Source: Octopus sinensis (Eukaryota). From it: a stretch of DNA of 64,000 bases. The stretch lies in contig NC_043003.1 of NCBI RefSeq assembly GCF_006345805.1, positions 25,420,001 through 25,484,000 on the forward strand, written 5' to 3'. Below the pieces are notes generated by a model that was not told where the DNA came from, made no database searches, and worked only from the letters and a program-made list of their open reading frames with translations. A program made the position numbers and the translations under genes. Shown here one piece after another: positions 60,951 through 64,000 of the stretch. Position 1 is the first letter of the stretch. The number at the start of each line of letters is the position of its first letter.

Positions 60951-63140
60951 AGATGCATCAATCTTTAAAATACTGTAAAGAATCTACAAAATAAGAGGCA
61001 CTGTTTTTTGGAATACTGAAGAGCCTCTACACCACTCTTGGGTGAGCCACAGCTCAAGATTTTCTGAATGGCATGCCAATGAAAATTACCTTAAATTTTT
61101 TTTAGTAGTGCAGCTCACCTGAAGATGCATCATCTTTCATGCAGTCTGGTTCTTGAAAAATGTTGCCAATGCCCGATTTAAAAGAACAGAGACACCATTT
61201 TTTGGCTAACTGAAGAGCATCTAAGAGAGAGGTGCCATTGCTTGAAATACAGAAGAGCACCTAAGAATGGAGGCTTGATTCTTTGGAAATGTAGAGCATC
61301 TAATAAAACAGAGGTATCATTATTTGGAATATTAAAGAACACGAGGACCAATACAACTGCCTATTCCACCAGCATTGCTTTAACTCATGATACTAACCCA
61401 CCCAAGACTACACTTGGTCCTATGATAGCAAACTTCCTGTTTTAAAGCGATCTAATTTAAAACCATCCATCTTTCTTGTTCTAAACACCAACTAAAGAAT
61501 GACAGTTATTTTACTAAACTGAACCCCCCCCCAAAAAAAAACACTGAAACAAAGGCAGTGCATTCGAATACATATTTCGTAATAGCTAATGGTGATAACA
61601 AAAACCTTAGTGATTTATTAGGCACAAAAGCTTCAAAATAGGAAAGTGCAGAAGCATTCATGCCTGTTCCAAAGGCAGAGTTTACTGTCAAAATATTCCG
61701 AGCATGATGACAATAGCAAATAGTAGAACGAGTGATTTAAAAGCCAAACCAGTACTTGATATAATAATAGATATATATTGACAGTGAAGGTATAAAACGC
61801 AATAGTAGAAGTTAGAAATTGAATAGGGGATCCAAGCAAAATTAGGGTTTCTAGTATTTTTAATCTTAGTATAAGCACCAGATTCAGAAACAATCTTGTC
61901 ACTGGATCTATTTCTTTCTTCTGCTTCAAATTGCTGCTCATAATGTCAAACAATCTTATGTTGTACATTATCTATTGTTTATCCTTGCACCGAATGATAA
62001 CCAAAGTTAGCATCACCATATTTTGTACGAGGAGCATGAAAAATCTCTTTTTAGTAATGTTGTGATGGAGAAAAAAACCTCATTAGCTCAAATCATTTTA
62101 ATAATTTCAGCAAACAGAGATAACTCACTGTTTTAGTCTTATTAGACCTCTTCAGCAAAGCACAGACTTCACCATGCTGGAGTACAAAATCAATAAGTAG
62201 ATATAAAATACTGTACACACACAGGCTTGAAAAATTAGCATATTTACAAAGGATAAAATCACTGGTAACTATCTACCTTCATATATTATATTGCAAATAA
62301 GCAAGGCTACACCAAGCTAACAATTTTCTCTGTGTAGCCTGCAACGGCCACTTGCAAATACACTGTATCAACAATGTTCTCCCTTACCTGAGGACAGGGC
62401 TGCAAACAGTTGGGTTGAATCTAATGCCTTGACCTTACTTCCCCAACCGTTTATAGATGTAACAAGAAGCCAGTGTTCTGCAGGAATTGGCCCTTTTAAC
62501 ACCAACCCTCCTGTTTTAAGCCTGTCATCGATATATTTTCAGTTGCAATACACTTTCTTTCAGTTAATTTCAAAACTAATGAAAGATTATAGAATAACTA
62601 AGTATTAGGATGATGTTTCAAACAAAATTTTAATGTTTAGTTTTAGATTACTTTAAAACAGATCTGTATCAGAATCAAGTGTAGTCTTCGGTGGTTTAAT
62701 ATTAAGTGTCAAAGCAATCTATACTAAAACCTTCCATCAAAATTTTGTATCAATTTATATTCCATACCCCAGCTTCATAATGAAAAATCTATGTTACTAA
62801 CTTCTTCCCTATTTCTGAATTTAACTGGAACAAAGGCAACATATTTTGACAGAATTATGGTAAAAGATCTAAATCCAGAACTTAACACCTCAGTGTTCAA
62901 GATAGCCAGATCAGGCCTCTCAAATCTCTCCTACAATGTAATTCTGGAAAGTATACTACCACATTGTTGAAACCTTGAAGCTATGTGATAATTCATGATA
63001 AATTCAAAATAATAAGCACTATATTTGACAGAGGAATCTGAATGGTAAAGGGTTAATGGAACTGCATTAAATATTACAATGCATTTAAGTAGTCAATAAT
63101 TCTTGTCAATCCAATACTTGATAACTTTTTGGAACACATA

Positions 63141-63175
<35 letters not shown>

Positions 63176-64000
63176 ACTAAGAATGAGCTTATTTCAGATT
63201 TAAACGTTATGCTTTTAAAATTTTCCCTTTACATACATAGGGACGCTGAGCCCACCACTGTATTTTAGGCTACATAAATGATTTAGAGCAGCAGATTGCA
63301 GTAAATTCATTTGGTTCACCAATTAATCCTAATAAGAATTTACAGCCATATGAATTTGGGTTCAGACCTACTCCACAGCACTTTAGATAGGTGTCTTCAA
63401 CTATAGCTCACAAGCCAAACAGAGCCTTGTTTGTGGATTTGATAGAGGGAAAGTGAAAAAAACCTGTCATATACATGTTTGTATGTTCCACTATCTTAAC
63501 ATATTGTAATGATTATTCATTTCCAGTCTTTCATGGTCTGAGTATAAAGAAATATTACCTAGCTTGGAAACAAGGGCACCCAGCTATAGAAACTCTGCCT
63601 CAACAAATTGTCTTCCATGGAAAAAAAAAAACCCCTTTTCTGAGTGTTCAAATTATTTTAGTCTCTTTCTCTACTCCACTACCTGGCCAGGTAAGTAAAA
63701 CAAAGTAACAGGGTATCTAGATGAAACACCATTGTACCACAAACAATATGCCAACACATTATCTCCTACTGAACTAATATAATAAAAAGAAAGCTTCTTT
63801 AATAAATAACCAGGTACTGCCAAACTAAACCTTCTTTCGTTACCAAATTTCTGTTGAAATATCTTGCCTTTTCAATTATAAAAATAAAACATTTAGTAAA
63901 ATAAATTTGCTCTTATTTAAGTCTAGACCTATACATAGGGAAAAAATTGATTAGCCACCTCTGAGCAAAACTATGTTGAAAAGCATTCCAGCAGCGATCA

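Overview
AT-rich, repeat-dense animal genomic DNA, very probably octopus (coleoid cephalopod), judged from its tRNA-derived SINE families and clustered single-coding-exon C2H2 zinc-finger genes. Protein-coding content, all on the minus strand: an intact Merlin/IS1595-family transposase-like ORF whose first catalytic Asp is replaced by Gly (candidate domesticated gene), two paralogous C2H2 ZNF genes, and a complete three-exon THEM6-like thioesterase (207 aa). A decayed ZNF copy lies on the plus strand. The rest is mobile DNA: three or four SINE families, two decayed mariner elements, a CR1 LINE 3' end, a non-autonomous Helitron, a TRIM-type LTR element with a tRNA-Ser PBS, and Merlin-like, piggyBac-like and hAT-like MITEs. 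The most striking signal is at about 44.49-45.30 kb, in THEM6 intron 1: a non-coding ~355-nt monomer inserted as a circularly permuted, more-than-unit-length, head-to-head inverted pair. Each arm carries an intact minimal type I hammerhead ribozyme with the compensatory U3-A8 core variant, which suggests a retrozyme/Penelope-associated circular RNA element. All calls were made by eye, without database searches.
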